64,000 nucleotides of DNA from Sedimentisphaerales bacterium (GTDB lineage: Bacteria > Planctomycetota > Phycisphaerae > Sedimentisphaerales > SM23-30): assembly GCA_963663965.2 (NCBI GenBank), contig CAXXFK010000030.1, forward strand, positions 1-64,000, in the 5' to 3' direction. The notes under the pieces were generated by a model. The model ran no database searches and was not told the origin of the DNA. It worked only from the letters and a program-made list of their open reading frames with translations. Numbering within the stretch: position 1 is the first letter of the stretch; each line of letters opens with the position of its first letter. Of this stretch, positions 20,074-29,559 are shown one piece after another. Both the position numbers and the translations under genes were made by a program.

Positions 20074-20367
20074 ATGTCTGACAAGAAATCAGTGGACAGG
20101 TTGAAGGAAAAACGTGAAGCGCTATTGAATGAGGTGGAGAGGAAAAGTAATATCCTCGGGGTGATTGCGGAAAATTATCCGGCGGAATCTCAGGTTTATC
20201 AGGTTCTGGAGGAGGTCGCATTTGCGCGGTGGTTTATCCATTGGGAAGGCCTGGATGAGGCGTTCGCGGCGTTTCTTGCGAAGACGAAGCAGCCGTTGTC
20301 TGAAGAAGAGATGTGCCATATGAAAGAAATGCTGGGCGAGGATTATGATAACGGCGATGAGCAGTGA
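20074..20367 (+). CDS. Hypothetical protein
   Basis: 97-aa ORF with AAGGG RBS. Confidence 0.55.
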   Translation: MSDKKSVDRLKEKREALLNEVERKSNILGVIAENYPAESQVYQVLEEVAFARWFIHWEGLDEAFAAFLAKTKQPLSEEEMCHMKEMLGEDYDNGDEQ

Positions 20368-20657
20368 AAAGGGCAATTTCGATGCCAGGGAGTTCATTGC
20401 GACGAGTCCTGATGTTGTTTAGCCCTATTATCGCTTTTATCAATACGGTTGTAAAATATTGTCCGGCGTCACCAGATGGATAGATTATTGGGGAGATATT
20501 GAAAATTAAATTACGCTTGGTAAAATCATATAGCAGGATAAGAGTCTTAGGTTGAGATCATGATAGTATATTGTAATGTGACCTGCCCCAGGAATCGCGG
20601 AGGAAAAAGGCAGATTAATGGGAGCGTTTAAATTTTTATAGGATTACTTTGGCATGG

Positions 20658-21740
20658 TCAGGGCAGGCAGACGCGGAAGCCGAAGGCGTTGCTACGGCCG
20701 GAGGGGGCGACGGCGCCGCGACAGGCGGTGCGGCAGTAGCAGGCGTTGTCGTACCAGCTGCCGCCCCGGAATACGCGGAAATTGCCGTAGAGGGGGCCGG
20801 TGGGATCGGTGGCGGGGGTGTCGGAGTAGTTGCCGTAGCGGTCGGCGCACCATTCCCAGGCGTTGCCGGTCATGTCGTGCAGATTGAAGGCGTTGGGGGC
20901 GAAGCTGCCGACGGGGGCGGTAAAGGGGGGTGTGCCGGTGTTATAAGTTGGATGGTAACCCTGGCTGGCGCAGGTGTCGTAGGCGTAGGCAGGCTGGCCG
21001 GCGCGCCAGGAGCTGTAAAAATTGGCCAGGGAATGGTTGATCGTCTGGCCGTTGGCGAAGCGCTGGAGTGAGTCGCCTCCGCGGGCGGCGTATTCCCATT
21101 GGGCCTCGGTGGGCAGGCGGTAACCGTAGAAAAAGCAGAAGGCATCGGCACCGTGCCAGCTGACTTCGACGACGGGATGGTTGAGTTGGGACTGGCCGTC
21201 ACGCGTCAGGACGATAAACGCGCCGTCAACAAAGTCGATCTGGCTGTCGCTGCCGGAGGCGTGAGTGTCGCAGAAGGGCTGGATGTTGTTGCGATCGGCG
21301 ACGTGATAGACGGCGCCGTCGACCAGTTTGATCTGGCGCTGGATGTTGAGGGCATTGAGGAACCAGGCGTACTGGGCGTTGGTGATTTCGTATTTGCTGA
21401 TCTGGAACGTGCTTAGTGTGACGGTATGGACCGGTTTTTCGTTGGCTTCGCCTTCATTGAAACTGTCGCCCATTTGAAATGTTCCTGCGGGAATGGTGAC
21501 AAATACGATTCCTTCGGGCGGGGGCATGGGGGCGTTCCACTGGGCGCTGAGATCGATCAGGTCCTGGGGGGTGTAATCGAGCAGCCAGGCGGCCGAGACA
21601 ATATTGAAATCGTGCAGGTCGACCCGACAATCGTGATTGAAATCGAGGGATGGGCACTGGGCATTGAGGATCGAAGCGGCCGACAGGGTGATCAGGATGA
21701 TAACAACGCAAACAGAGGGTGAAAATGATCGGGCTTTCAA
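20658..21740 (-). CDS. FGE-sulfatase (SUMF1) domain protein with N-terminal dockerin-like motif
   Basis: GTFQMG, YEITNAQY, HPVVEVSW, RLPTEAQWEYAARGG, RGGSW, GFRV; TTG start after AAGGAG. Confidence 0.9.
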   Translation of the reverse strand: MKARSFSPSVCVVIILITLSAASILNAQCPSLDFNHDCRVDLHDFNIVSAAWLLDYTPQDLIDLSAQWNAPMPPPEGIVFVTIPAGTFQMGDSFNEGEANEKPVHTVTLSTFQISKYEITNAQYAWFLNALNIQRQIKLVDGAVYHVADRNNIQPFCDTHASGSDSQIDFVDGAFIVLTRDGQSQLNHPVVEVSWHGADAFCFFYGYRLPTEAQWEYAARGGDSLQRFANGQTINHSLANFYSSWRAGQPAYAYDTCASQGYHPTYNTGTPPFTAPVGSFAPNAFNLHDMTGNAWEWCADRYGNYSDTPATDPTGPLYGNFRVFRGGSWYDNACYCRTACRGAVAPSGRSNAFGFRVCLP

Positions 21741-22266
21741 TGTCGTTCTCCTTTGGTTTTTATCGCCGGTATGGAAAAGATTTTGCCAATGCTGGTTTGG
21801 TGATGGCGAAGTCGAGCCATAACGGGCAGACAAATCCCTTGCCCGGCGATGCGATTTTGTTGCTGAATTAAAATTATTTTACTAAAAATGGCCGGGGGGG
21901 TGCAAGTGATATGCGGGCAGGAATATTAAAAATATTTTAGTTTAATTGTTAAGATAGGAAAAATATAGGGATTGAAGTGGCTGGGCAGTATGGAATGGAT
22001 TAAATATGGTCATGATAAGAATTTATTCTAAGATATTAAATTACAATGTGATATGACTGATTAAGATGGATTGGAGGGCTATTACTGATGGATTATGATC
22101 AATGGTATGTGGGGCCTTGTTGTCGTGTTAGTTTACAAGCATCGTTTAGAGGGATGATTTTTATTTGAGTTTTAAAGGACTGTGATCAATTTTGCACTAT
22201 AGTAGCGGGTGAAATGCAATCCCGCTGCATGATACACGATAAGTTATTGGCTGGAGATTAGTTCTA

Positions 22267-23485
22267 CTGCTCTGTAAAAACTAAATATTCTTATATAGCA
22301 TGTCCGATAATAACTCCATAAACCGAATATTTATGGAGTTTGTTATGAAAAAGTACATCGTTCGTCTCACTGACGCAGAACGGAAAGAGCTGCTTGAAGT
22401 TGTTACAAAACTCAAGGGCACCTCGCAAAAAGTCAAACGGGCTCAAATCTTGCTTAAGGCGGATGCGGACGGTCCCAACTGGTCCTGCAATCAAATTGCC
22501 GACGCTTTTTTGTGTCGTCTCAGGACCGTAACCAAAGTTCGTAAATCGCTGGTAGAAAGAGGGTTTGACATCACATTGAACGGTAAGCAGCGTGACACGC
22601 CGCCTCGCGCCAAGCTGCTGGATGGCGAGCAGGAGGCAAAGATCATTGCCCTGAGGCTGAGCGATCCGCCGGAAGGTTACAGTAATTGGTCGTTGCGTTT
22701 GATCGCCGACAAAGCGGTGGAATTGGGAATCGTAGAATCCATCAGTCACACCACCGTTGCCACGACGCTTAAAAAAATGAAATAACGAACCGAAAGATAC
22801 AGTACTGGGTGATACCGCCGGCGCAAAACAGTGAATTTGTCGCGTGCATGGAAGATGTCCTGAATGTCTATTCCCTGCCGTATGACCCGGATTTTCCGGC
22901 GCTCTGCATGGATGAACAGCCGGTGCAATTGCTCAAGGAAACTCGCACTCCGATGGCCGCGACCTTGCATCATCCTCGTCGAGTGGACTATGAATATGAA
23001 CGTGCCGGAACCGCCAGCCTATTCATGTTCACAGAACCAAAATCCGGCTGGCGTGGGGTGAGCGTTCGTCCACAACGGAAAAAGGTTGACTGGGCCGTTG
23101 AAATGGCAGAGTTGCTGGAGGGCCGCTATGCCCAAGCGAAACGAGTGCTTCTGGTGTGCGACAATTTGAATACTCATACCAAGGGAGCTTTTTACGAGGT
23201 TTTTCCTCCGGAGCAGGCGCGCCGGTATGTGGAAAAAATTGAATTTCATTACACGCCCAAGCATGGCAGTTGGCTCAATGTGGCCGAAAATGAACTGAGT
23301 GCGATGACCCGGCAATGTCTGAAGGATCGAAAAATGACCGACATGGATAGGCTGAAAAAAGAGACGAAAGCATGGGCCACCCACTCCAACGAAAAGCAAC
23401 GAGGCGTTAACTGGCAATTTAAAGTGGAAGATGCCAGGTGTAAATTGAGATCACTATATCCGAATATTTAATCTTTACAGAGCAC
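22267..23485 (+). mobile_element. Complete IS630-family insertion sequence
   Basis: TIRs CTGCTCTGTAAAAACTAAATATTC and GTGCTCTGTAAAGATTAAATATTC; TA duplicated at 22265-66 and 23486-87; empty site reads CTAG. Confidence 0.92.
22345..23471 (+). CDS. IS630 transposase (orfA HTH + orfB DDE joined by -1 frameshift at the A7 run, 22771-22777)
   Basis: Frameshift gives LKKNEITNRKIQYWVIPP; MDEQP, DYEYERAG, DNLNTH, YTPKHGSWLNVAE. Confidence 0.92.
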
Positions 23486-23540
23486 TAGTTTAATGCATTA
23501 CAGTTGCGTTGCGCTTCCAAAGCTAATGGCGCTGATGTGA

Positions 23541-24479
23541 TCAGGCGGTGTAGTAATAGCGGATGATGTGGAAGAAGACGGGGGCGGCGAAGCAGATGGA
23601 GTCGATGCGGTCCATGATACCGCCGTGGCCTTCGATCATGTGGCCGAAATCCTTGATGCCACGGTCGCGTTTGATGGCGGACATGCACAGGCCTCCGGCG
23701 AAGCCCATGAAGGCGATGGTTAGTGAGATATTCAGGGCCGCCAGCGGCGAGAAGGGGGTGGCCCACCAGAGGGCCATACCGAGCAGCGACGCAGTGAGAA
23801 TGCCGCCGATAAAGCCTTCCCAGGTTTTGTTGGGGCTGACGGTGGGGGCGATTTTGTGTTTGCCGAAGAGTTTGCCGAAAACGTATTGCAGGACATCGCT
23901 CATCTGGACGACGAGGACCAGAAACAGCAGCAGATTGGCGTTCTGGGACTGGAAGTTGGGGATATTGAGCATGAGCAGGGCCGGGGCATGGCTGACGCAG
24001 TAGACACAGACCATCAGGCCCCACTGGATTTTGGCGGTCCGTTCGAGGAAATTGTCGGTATCGCCGGCCAGGGCACTGCGGAGCGGGACAAACAAAAAGG
24101 CATAGACCGGGATAAAAACGATATAGAATCCGTACCACTGGATGTGGATCAGGTAATAATTCAGGGGCAGGATGACAAAGAAGATCCAGAACAAGGTGCG
24201 ATGATCGCCCGGGCGGGTGGGGGTGAGCGTGATAAATTCCCGCAGGGCGAGAAAGGAGGTGAGCGCGAACATGATAGTAGAGCCGATGCCACCGGTGAGG
24301 ACCGCGACGGCGAAGATCAGGCACATGATCCACCAGGCTCGGGTTCGGGCGTTGAGGTTGTCGATGATGGGGCGGGCGGCAGGAGACTGGACTTTGAGGT
24401 GCAGGATCCAGCCGATGAGTGAGGCGGTGAGCAGGAGCGCCAGGACACCGCCAAAGAGATATTTCATTTCAGGATCCAT
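23541..24479 (-). CDS. Phosphatidate cytidylyltransferase (CdsA/YnbB-like)
   Basis: SPNKTWEG, SAIKRDRGIKD, GHGGIMDRIDS. Confidence 0.92.
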   Translation of the reverse strand: MDPEMKYLFGGVLALLLTASLIGWILHLKVQSPAARPIIDNLNARTRAWWIMCLIFAVAVLTGGIGSTIMFALTSFLALREFITLTPTRPGDHRTLFWIFFVILPLNYYLIHIQWYGFYIVFIPVYAFLFVPLRSALAGDTDNFLERTAKIQWGLMVCVYCVSHAPALLMLNIPNFQSQNANLLLFLVLVVQMSDVLQYVFGKLFGKHKIAPTVSPNKTWEGFIGGILTASLLGMALWWATPFSPLAALNISLTIAFMGFAGGLCMSAIKRDRGIKDFGHMIEGHGGIMDRIDSICFAAPVFFHIIRYYYTA

Positions 24480-24490
24480 AGGCAGACTTT

Positions 24491-25123
24491 TTAATGGTGA
24501 GATTCTTTCAGTTGGACAAGGGTATGGTAAGCACGCTGGAGAAACTCCGGTTTGGATTCGTTTTCCATCAGGTAGAGGGATTCGCCGAAAACCGCCCGGC
24601 TCAGGAAGGGGATGGGCAGGAATTCGCCTTTGGGCAGGATTCGGTTGAGGTTTTCGAGATAAATCGGGACCAGTGGGATGGCCGGGTTGTGGCGGGCCAG
24701 ATGATAGAGACCAATTTTGAAGGGGGCAATTTCGGTACTGGTTCCGCGGGTGCCTTCGGGGAAAATCAGTAATGAACTGCCATCGTCGAGGGCCTGGTAC
24801 ATGGTGGTTAATGACTGCCGCGCCCCGGCGGGACCGGCTTCGTTGTTGCGGTCAACCAGCGCCATATTGAAAACCCGGCAGGAAAGATAACGCCGGAAGG
24901 GAGAACGCTGCCAGTATTGCCGGGAGGCGACGAAGCGGAGCTTGTGCCGGACTTCAACCGGCAGGAGCGCCCAGATTACCATGGCGTCCAGATGGCTGCC
25001 GTGATTGGCATAGTAAATGGCTTGAGTGCGGAGCAGGTCATGGCAGGTGAGTTGTGCCTGAATGCCCGATATCAGGCGGGCGGTCTGGGCAATGACACTG
25101 GCTATGATCTGATCGAAATTCAT
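24491..25123 (-). CDS. PlsC-like lysophospholipid acyltransferase
   Basis: NHGSHLD and FPEGTR motifs. Confidence 0.9.
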   Translation of the reverse strand: MNFDQIIASVIAQTARLISGIQAQLTCHDLLRTQAIYYANHGSHLDAMVIWALLPVEVRHKLRFVASRQYWQRSPFRRYLSCRVFNMALVDRNNEAGPAGARQSLTTMYQALDDGSSLLIFPEGTRGTSTEIAPFKIGLYHLARHNPAIPLVPIYLENLNRILPKGEFLPIPFLSRAVFGESLYLMENESKPEFLQRAYHTLVQLKESHH

Positions 25124-25776
25124 TGCTGCTCCAGGGTGATGACGATACGCCGGATGCGCCGGTAGATGGTAATGAGAGCGCCTAAGACGATGGCCAGCAG
25201 GGCCAGATAAATCACATTGATTTGCGGGAAAATGAACAGGCAGGCGGCCTGGGCTAGGGCTGCGATTGTCAGTGTGGCCATACGGTGAGGTTTGGCCATG
25301 GGGCCCAGAAAGTTCATACCGGCGCCCATGGCGGCGCCAAGGTAGCGGACATAGGCGGTTATGATGGCTAATAATGCGGCGATCCAGCCCAGTTCGGCGC
25401 CGAAAGGGTGGGAGGACGCGGCATAGCCAGAACCGATCAGGATAAAGGCATCGGCAAAGCGGTCGGGGATATCGTTAAATAATTCGCCGGTGGATGAGGC
25501 CTGGCCACCTTCGATAGCGATCATGCCATCCAGTAGATTGCAGAGCAGGCGGAGTTGGATGCAGATGGCGGACAGAACCAGTAATAGTGCTTGGCGCCAA
25601 CCGTTCTGGTGGCTGGACCAGGTAAAGCCTGCTCCGGCCAGCAGGGCAAAAACAGCGCTGAACAGAGAGATGGTATTGGGTTTGATTTTAAGACGAGCAC
25701 ATAAACGGGCCAGCGAATGGGCCCAGGCGGTTTGTCTGGACTTCAGCGGGCGACGATTGATGGGTGGTTCGGTCAT
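25120..25776 (-). CDS. CDP-alcohol phosphatidyltransferase (YnbA-like)
   Basis: NLLDGMIA...GELFNDIPDRFAD; PN motif; GPMAKPHRM. Confidence 0.9.
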   Translation of the reverse strand: MTEPPINRRPLKSRQTAWAHSLARLCARLKIKPNTISLFSAVFALLAGAGFTWSSHQNGWRQALLLVLSAICIQLRLLCNLLDGMIAIEGGQASSTGELFNDIPDRFADAFILIGSGYAASSHPFGAELGWIAALLAIITAYVRYLGAAMGAGMNFLGPMAKPHRMATLTIAALAQAACLFIFPQINVIYLALLAIVLGALITIYRRIRRIVITLEQQ

Positions 25777-26297
25777 GCAATTTCCCTCGTAATGAGTGTC
25801 TATTTTAGGGATTATGTATTGGGTGTCAAGTGTGCAATAAACGGATATCTGGCGTGTTAACAAAATGTTAAGATGACTGTTGCGCCTGATTTCAGGAGAA
25901 AGCTTGTGATCGTGGCGAATTCAGGTAAGATGGTATTTCAACATAAAGCGCTTAATAAAAAGAGTTTTCTATTATGATCGGTTGGTTTGCATAGTCGGGG
26001 ACAAGGAACCTTAGATACTCCAGGGTAAGGATTTTATTTGGCCTCGATGGGGCTCCCAGGGAGGATCTTCAATCTTATTTGAAAAACTTGTTCGAAGTCT
26101 CCCCAGAAAAATATTTTGTTAGATGTTCTCAATAAAAATGTAAAACTCTTATAACTGTCTGATATATAGCTTATTATGGCAGATTAGTGATTCGGGGAAT
26201 TTTATATTGCATGATTGAAAGCTATTTGTTATAAAAGATATTTGATTATTATGTCGATAGTTATGGTGTAACCCATTTTTTCAATAGACAGATTATT

Positions 26298-26951
26298 ATG
26301 GCTAAAATTAGTAGAGATTTTTTTAACATTGTTGTAATTGGCAGCATGAATCCCCAGATTATGAACCATGATTGGCTTGTGAAGCATAAGATTATTTCCA
26401 GGTCCTTTTATGTAAAAGATAATCCTGCAAAGTTTAACCAATTTATAAATATGCCACAACTCGCTCATATTTTTTATAAAGATGTTGACATACAAATTCA
26501 TTTGGATAGATTCGCACTGACTGCCCGTACCCCAAATATTACGAAAAGTGTCATCAATATTGCTACTAAATATTTTAGTTGTCTTAATCATACTCCTATC
26601 AAAGTAGTCGGTTTTAATGTCAATCACACAATTAGTTTTGATGACCAAAATGAAGAAACTAGATTTGATGAAAAATATGTTTCACCAAATGCAGCCATGA
26701 AAAAAATGATTGGTTCTTGCACATCATATAGACCCGGTTTTACTTTGTTTTGTTGTAAGAATGGATGTAATTATCGTTTTGTATGCGCGAAGACGCCGAA
26801 TAAATTAACCGCTCATATCAGCCATAATTGTGAATATAAGATAAATAAAACAGATTCTTCAGACGAGTTAATTGCTTTTCTTGATCAAAAAGCGTACGCC
26901 ATAGTAAAGGAAATGAATGATATTAATGAGGGTTTAACAGCGGAATTATGA
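26298..26951 (+). CDS. Hypothetical protein, TIGR04255-like by motif
   Basis: IVVIGSMNPQI..HDWL and HTPIKVVGFN; AT-rich. Confidence 0.55.
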   Translation: MAKISRDFFNIVVIGSMNPQIMNHDWLVKHKIISRSFYVKDNPAKFNQFINMPQLAHIFYKDVDIQIHLDRFALTARTPNITKSVINIATKYFSCLNHTPIKVVGFNVNHTISFDDQNEETRFDEKYVSPNAAMKKMIGSCTSYRPGFTLFCCKNGCNYRFVCAKTPNKLTAHISHNCEYKINKTDSSDELIAFLDQKAYAIVKEMNDINEGLTAEL

Positions 26952-27391
26952 CACCTGAAACTTCAAATACCGAAATAAGCATAACTATAGATAACGTCTC
27001 TACATATCCTTTTGCCAGGTATGTTCCCAACTGTTTGGGAGATACATTTTTTGTTGATGATAATTCTACGAGAAGGCCTACTGTATCCACCTACAGGCTG
27101 CCCATGTGGGCGGAGAAGTGGGTTCGCATTAACAATTACGAAACATCCGATTTGATTTTCAGGCATTCTTTACAAGAATCGATCGATACTTGTCTGGCAA
27201 TAATCAAATCTATAATGAGGACTGGATTTCTTGTTGTTATTGGCGAAGAGTATGACAATAATATCACATTGTCAATACAGACAAAAAATAAAACGGCTCA
27301 TGATCAGATAAAATTATTAATGGATATTAATCGTACGATTACTAGCCAAATATCCAGTGAAGCGCTATCGTTTATTAATATTATTATTTAG
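26948..27391 (+). CDS. Hypothetical protein, possible antitoxin-like partner
   Basis: ATGA overlap with the upstream gene; AT-rich. Confidence 0.55.
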   Translation: MTPETSNTEISITIDNVSTYPFARYVPNCLGDTFFVDDNSTRRPTVSTYRLPMWAEKWVRINNYETSDLIFRHSLQESIDTCLAIIKSIMRTGFLVVIGEEYDNNITLSIQTKNKTAHDQIKLLMDINRTITSQISSEALSFINIII

Positions 27392-27407
27392 CGGTCGGGT
27401 ATTGATT

Positions 27408-27830
27408 ATGGAGGCCATAAAATTTCTCACTATTACAGCCAGAAAGTTAAAGGGAGGCAATCAAGAATCAGATTGGCGTTCTTCGGCAAGCCGATCTTAT
27501 TATGCTGTTTTTCACTACATCAGGGATGTTTTTCAAAACTCTGGATTGGATCTTATTAAAGGGGATACGCACAACCTTCCACAGTATTTTTATTGTTCTT
27601 CTGACATCGAAATAAAAACGATTGGTCAAAATATCCAATCCCTCTATCGCTATCGAGCTCGTGCAGACTATGAGATTAAGTTGGAATTCATGAAAAATGA
27701 TTCTCAAAAAGCTTACATTCTAGCCGAACTACTTATAGAGCAATTCGATAAAATGTTTAGAGCCAAAAAGCGTGAAGTTATTGATTCGGCCCAAAAATTT
27801 ATTTCATCAAAAAACTTTAAGAATAATTGA
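27408..27830 (+). CDS. HEPN domain protein
   Basis: RSSASRSYYAVFH, THNL, RARADY. Confidence 0.8.
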   Translation: MEAIKFLTITARKLKGGNQESDWRSSASRSYYAVFHYIRDVFQNSGLDLIKGDTHNLPQYFYCSSDIEIKTIGQNIQSLYRYRARADYEIKLEFMKNDSQKAYILAELLIEQFDKMFRAKKREVIDSAQKFISSKNFKNN

Positions 27831-27944
27831 AGTAACATAGTGACTATATTATTTCAGTATACGCTGGATCGAGTAGCTCTGGCTGTTGTGTTTGCGGTTA
27901 TAGGTAATAATTTTAGATAATCTCATTTATCCGGGGAGTTTGTT

Positions 27945-29141
27945 ATGGCTGATGCGATGGCGAGTTTGTATGAGCGGCGGAAGAAGCGGTATGTGACGGC
28001 ATTGCGGAACGGGAAGCCGGATATGGTGCCGATCCGGCCGTTTGCGGCGGAGTTCGCGGCGAAGTACGCGGGATTTACCTGTCAGGAGGTGACGCATGAT
28101 TATAACAAGGCGTTTGCGGCGGTGATCCGGACGGCGCGGGATTTTGACTGGGACGCGATGGTGGCGAATATGGTGTATGTGTGGACGGGGTTGACCGAGG
28201 CGATCGGGTTGAAGTATTATGCCGCGCCGGGGATTCATATCGAGCCGGATGTGGGGTTTCAGTATCGCGAGCCGGCGGAGTCGGACGCGTTTATGAAGGC
28301 GGATGAGTATGATGAGCTGATCAAGGATCCGACGTCGTTTCTGTACCAGGTCTGGCTGCCGCGGGTGACGCGCGAGGTGCGGGGGGTGGGTGAGCCGGTG
28401 AGCCTGGGGCATAACCTGTCGCTGGTGAGGGGCAGTATGGCGATGATGAATTATTTTCACGCGTTCGGGCCGCAGGTGGAGCGGATGCGAACCGAGACCG
28501 GGACAGTGTCGGCGATCGCGGGGATCCTGAAAGCGCCGATGGATATCCTGGCGGATAAATTGCGGGGGTACCTGGGTTTGGTGGAGGATCTGTGGGAGCG
28601 GCCGGAGAAGGTGTTGGCGGCCTGTGAGGCGCTGGCGCCGCATCTGGCGAAGATCGCGCTGGCGACGGCGGACCCGGATAAGCTGGTTCCGGTGGGATTC
28701 TGGATGCACCGCAGCTGCACGCCGTTTGTGCATAAGAAGCATTTTGATGAGATATTCTGGCCGACACTCAAGCCGATAATTCTGGAGTTGTGGCGGAATG
28801 GGATACAGACGCTGTTTTACGCCGAGGGCAACTGGGACAACCATCTGGAGGCGTTTTTGGAATTGCCGGCCGGGTCGATTGTGTATCATGTGGATCAGGG
28901 CGATATTGTCAAGGTGCACCGGGCACTGGGTGAGAAATTCTGTCTGTCGGGTGGGGTGCCCAACGCGATGTTGAGCTATGGTACGCCCGATGAGGTCCGG
29001 CAGCGGTGCAAGTTTATCCTTGATGAGGTGGCCGGCGATGGCGGGTATATTATGGACGCGTCGGCGATTATTCAAAATGACGCGTCGATTGAGAATATGC
29101 GGGTGTTGACTGAGTTTACGCGGGAGTATGGGCAGTATTGA
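27945..29141 (+). CDS. Uroporphyrinogen decarboxylase / MtaA-CmuA family protein
   Basis: PDMVPI, FDEIFWPTLK, LSGGVP, GTPDEVR, GGYIM. Confidence 0.85.
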   Translation: MADAMASLYERRKKRYVTALRNGKPDMVPIRPFAAEFAAKYAGFTCQEVTHDYNKAFAAVIRTARDFDWDAMVANMVYVWTGLTEAIGLKYYAAPGIHIEPDVGFQYREPAESDAFMKADEYDELIKDPTSFLYQVWLPRVTREVRGVGEPVSLGHNLSLVRGSMAMMNYFHAFGPQVERMRTETGTVSAIAGILKAPMDILADKLRGYLGLVEDLWERPEKVLAACEALAPHLAKIALATADPDKLVPVGFWMHRSCTPFVHKKHFDEIFWPTLKPIILELWRNGIQTLFYAEGNWDNHLEAFLELPAGSIVYHVDQGDIVKVHRALGEKFCLSGGVPNAMLSYGTPDEVRQRCKFILDEVAGDGGYIMDASAIIQNDASIENMRVLTEFTREYGQY

Positions 29142-29282
29142 GTAAGGATAAACCGCAAGCGAAGAAAAAAGATTTCACACAAAGCCGCGAAGCCACGAAG
29201 AAAGACAAGCATAAAACATAAAAGCGAAACACGAATCCCGCGATTAATCGGGACGAATAGACGCGCGGAAAGGAAACATGTT

Positions 29283-29459
29283 ATGGATATGAATCAAGTT
29301 AATGAAAACGGGACACGGCCGGGCGAGTGTGCGTCGTGGGAGAGTTATCGTGAACGGCTGGAGGCGATCAAGGGTGATCCGGAGTTGATCAAGACGATCT
29401 GGCAGGATACGGATTTTATGGCGTATTTTTATATCTGGCAGGTGTTATTATCGTTTTGA
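29283..29459 (+). CDS. 58-aa small protein below the ORF-track cutoff
   Basis: AAGGA RBS; MDMNQVNENGTRPGECASWESYRERLEAIKGDPELIKTIWQDTDFMAYFYIWQVLLSF. Confidence 0.6.
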   Translation: MDMNQVNENGTRPGECASWESYRERLEAIKGDPELIKTIWQDTDFMAYFYIWQVLLSF

Positions 29460-29559
29460 TTTGTAGATTAACTGGATTGATAAATCTGCAGGCAAAGAAA
29501 TAATAGCTCACACCAAGCCGCCAAGGCACGAAGCAAAACATTTATAAGGAGATCCACGA

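Noticed and set aside
23541..25776. Phospholipid trio as a novel pathway
   Set aside because: It resembles the widespread ynbA/ynbB-like plus acyltransferase cluster.
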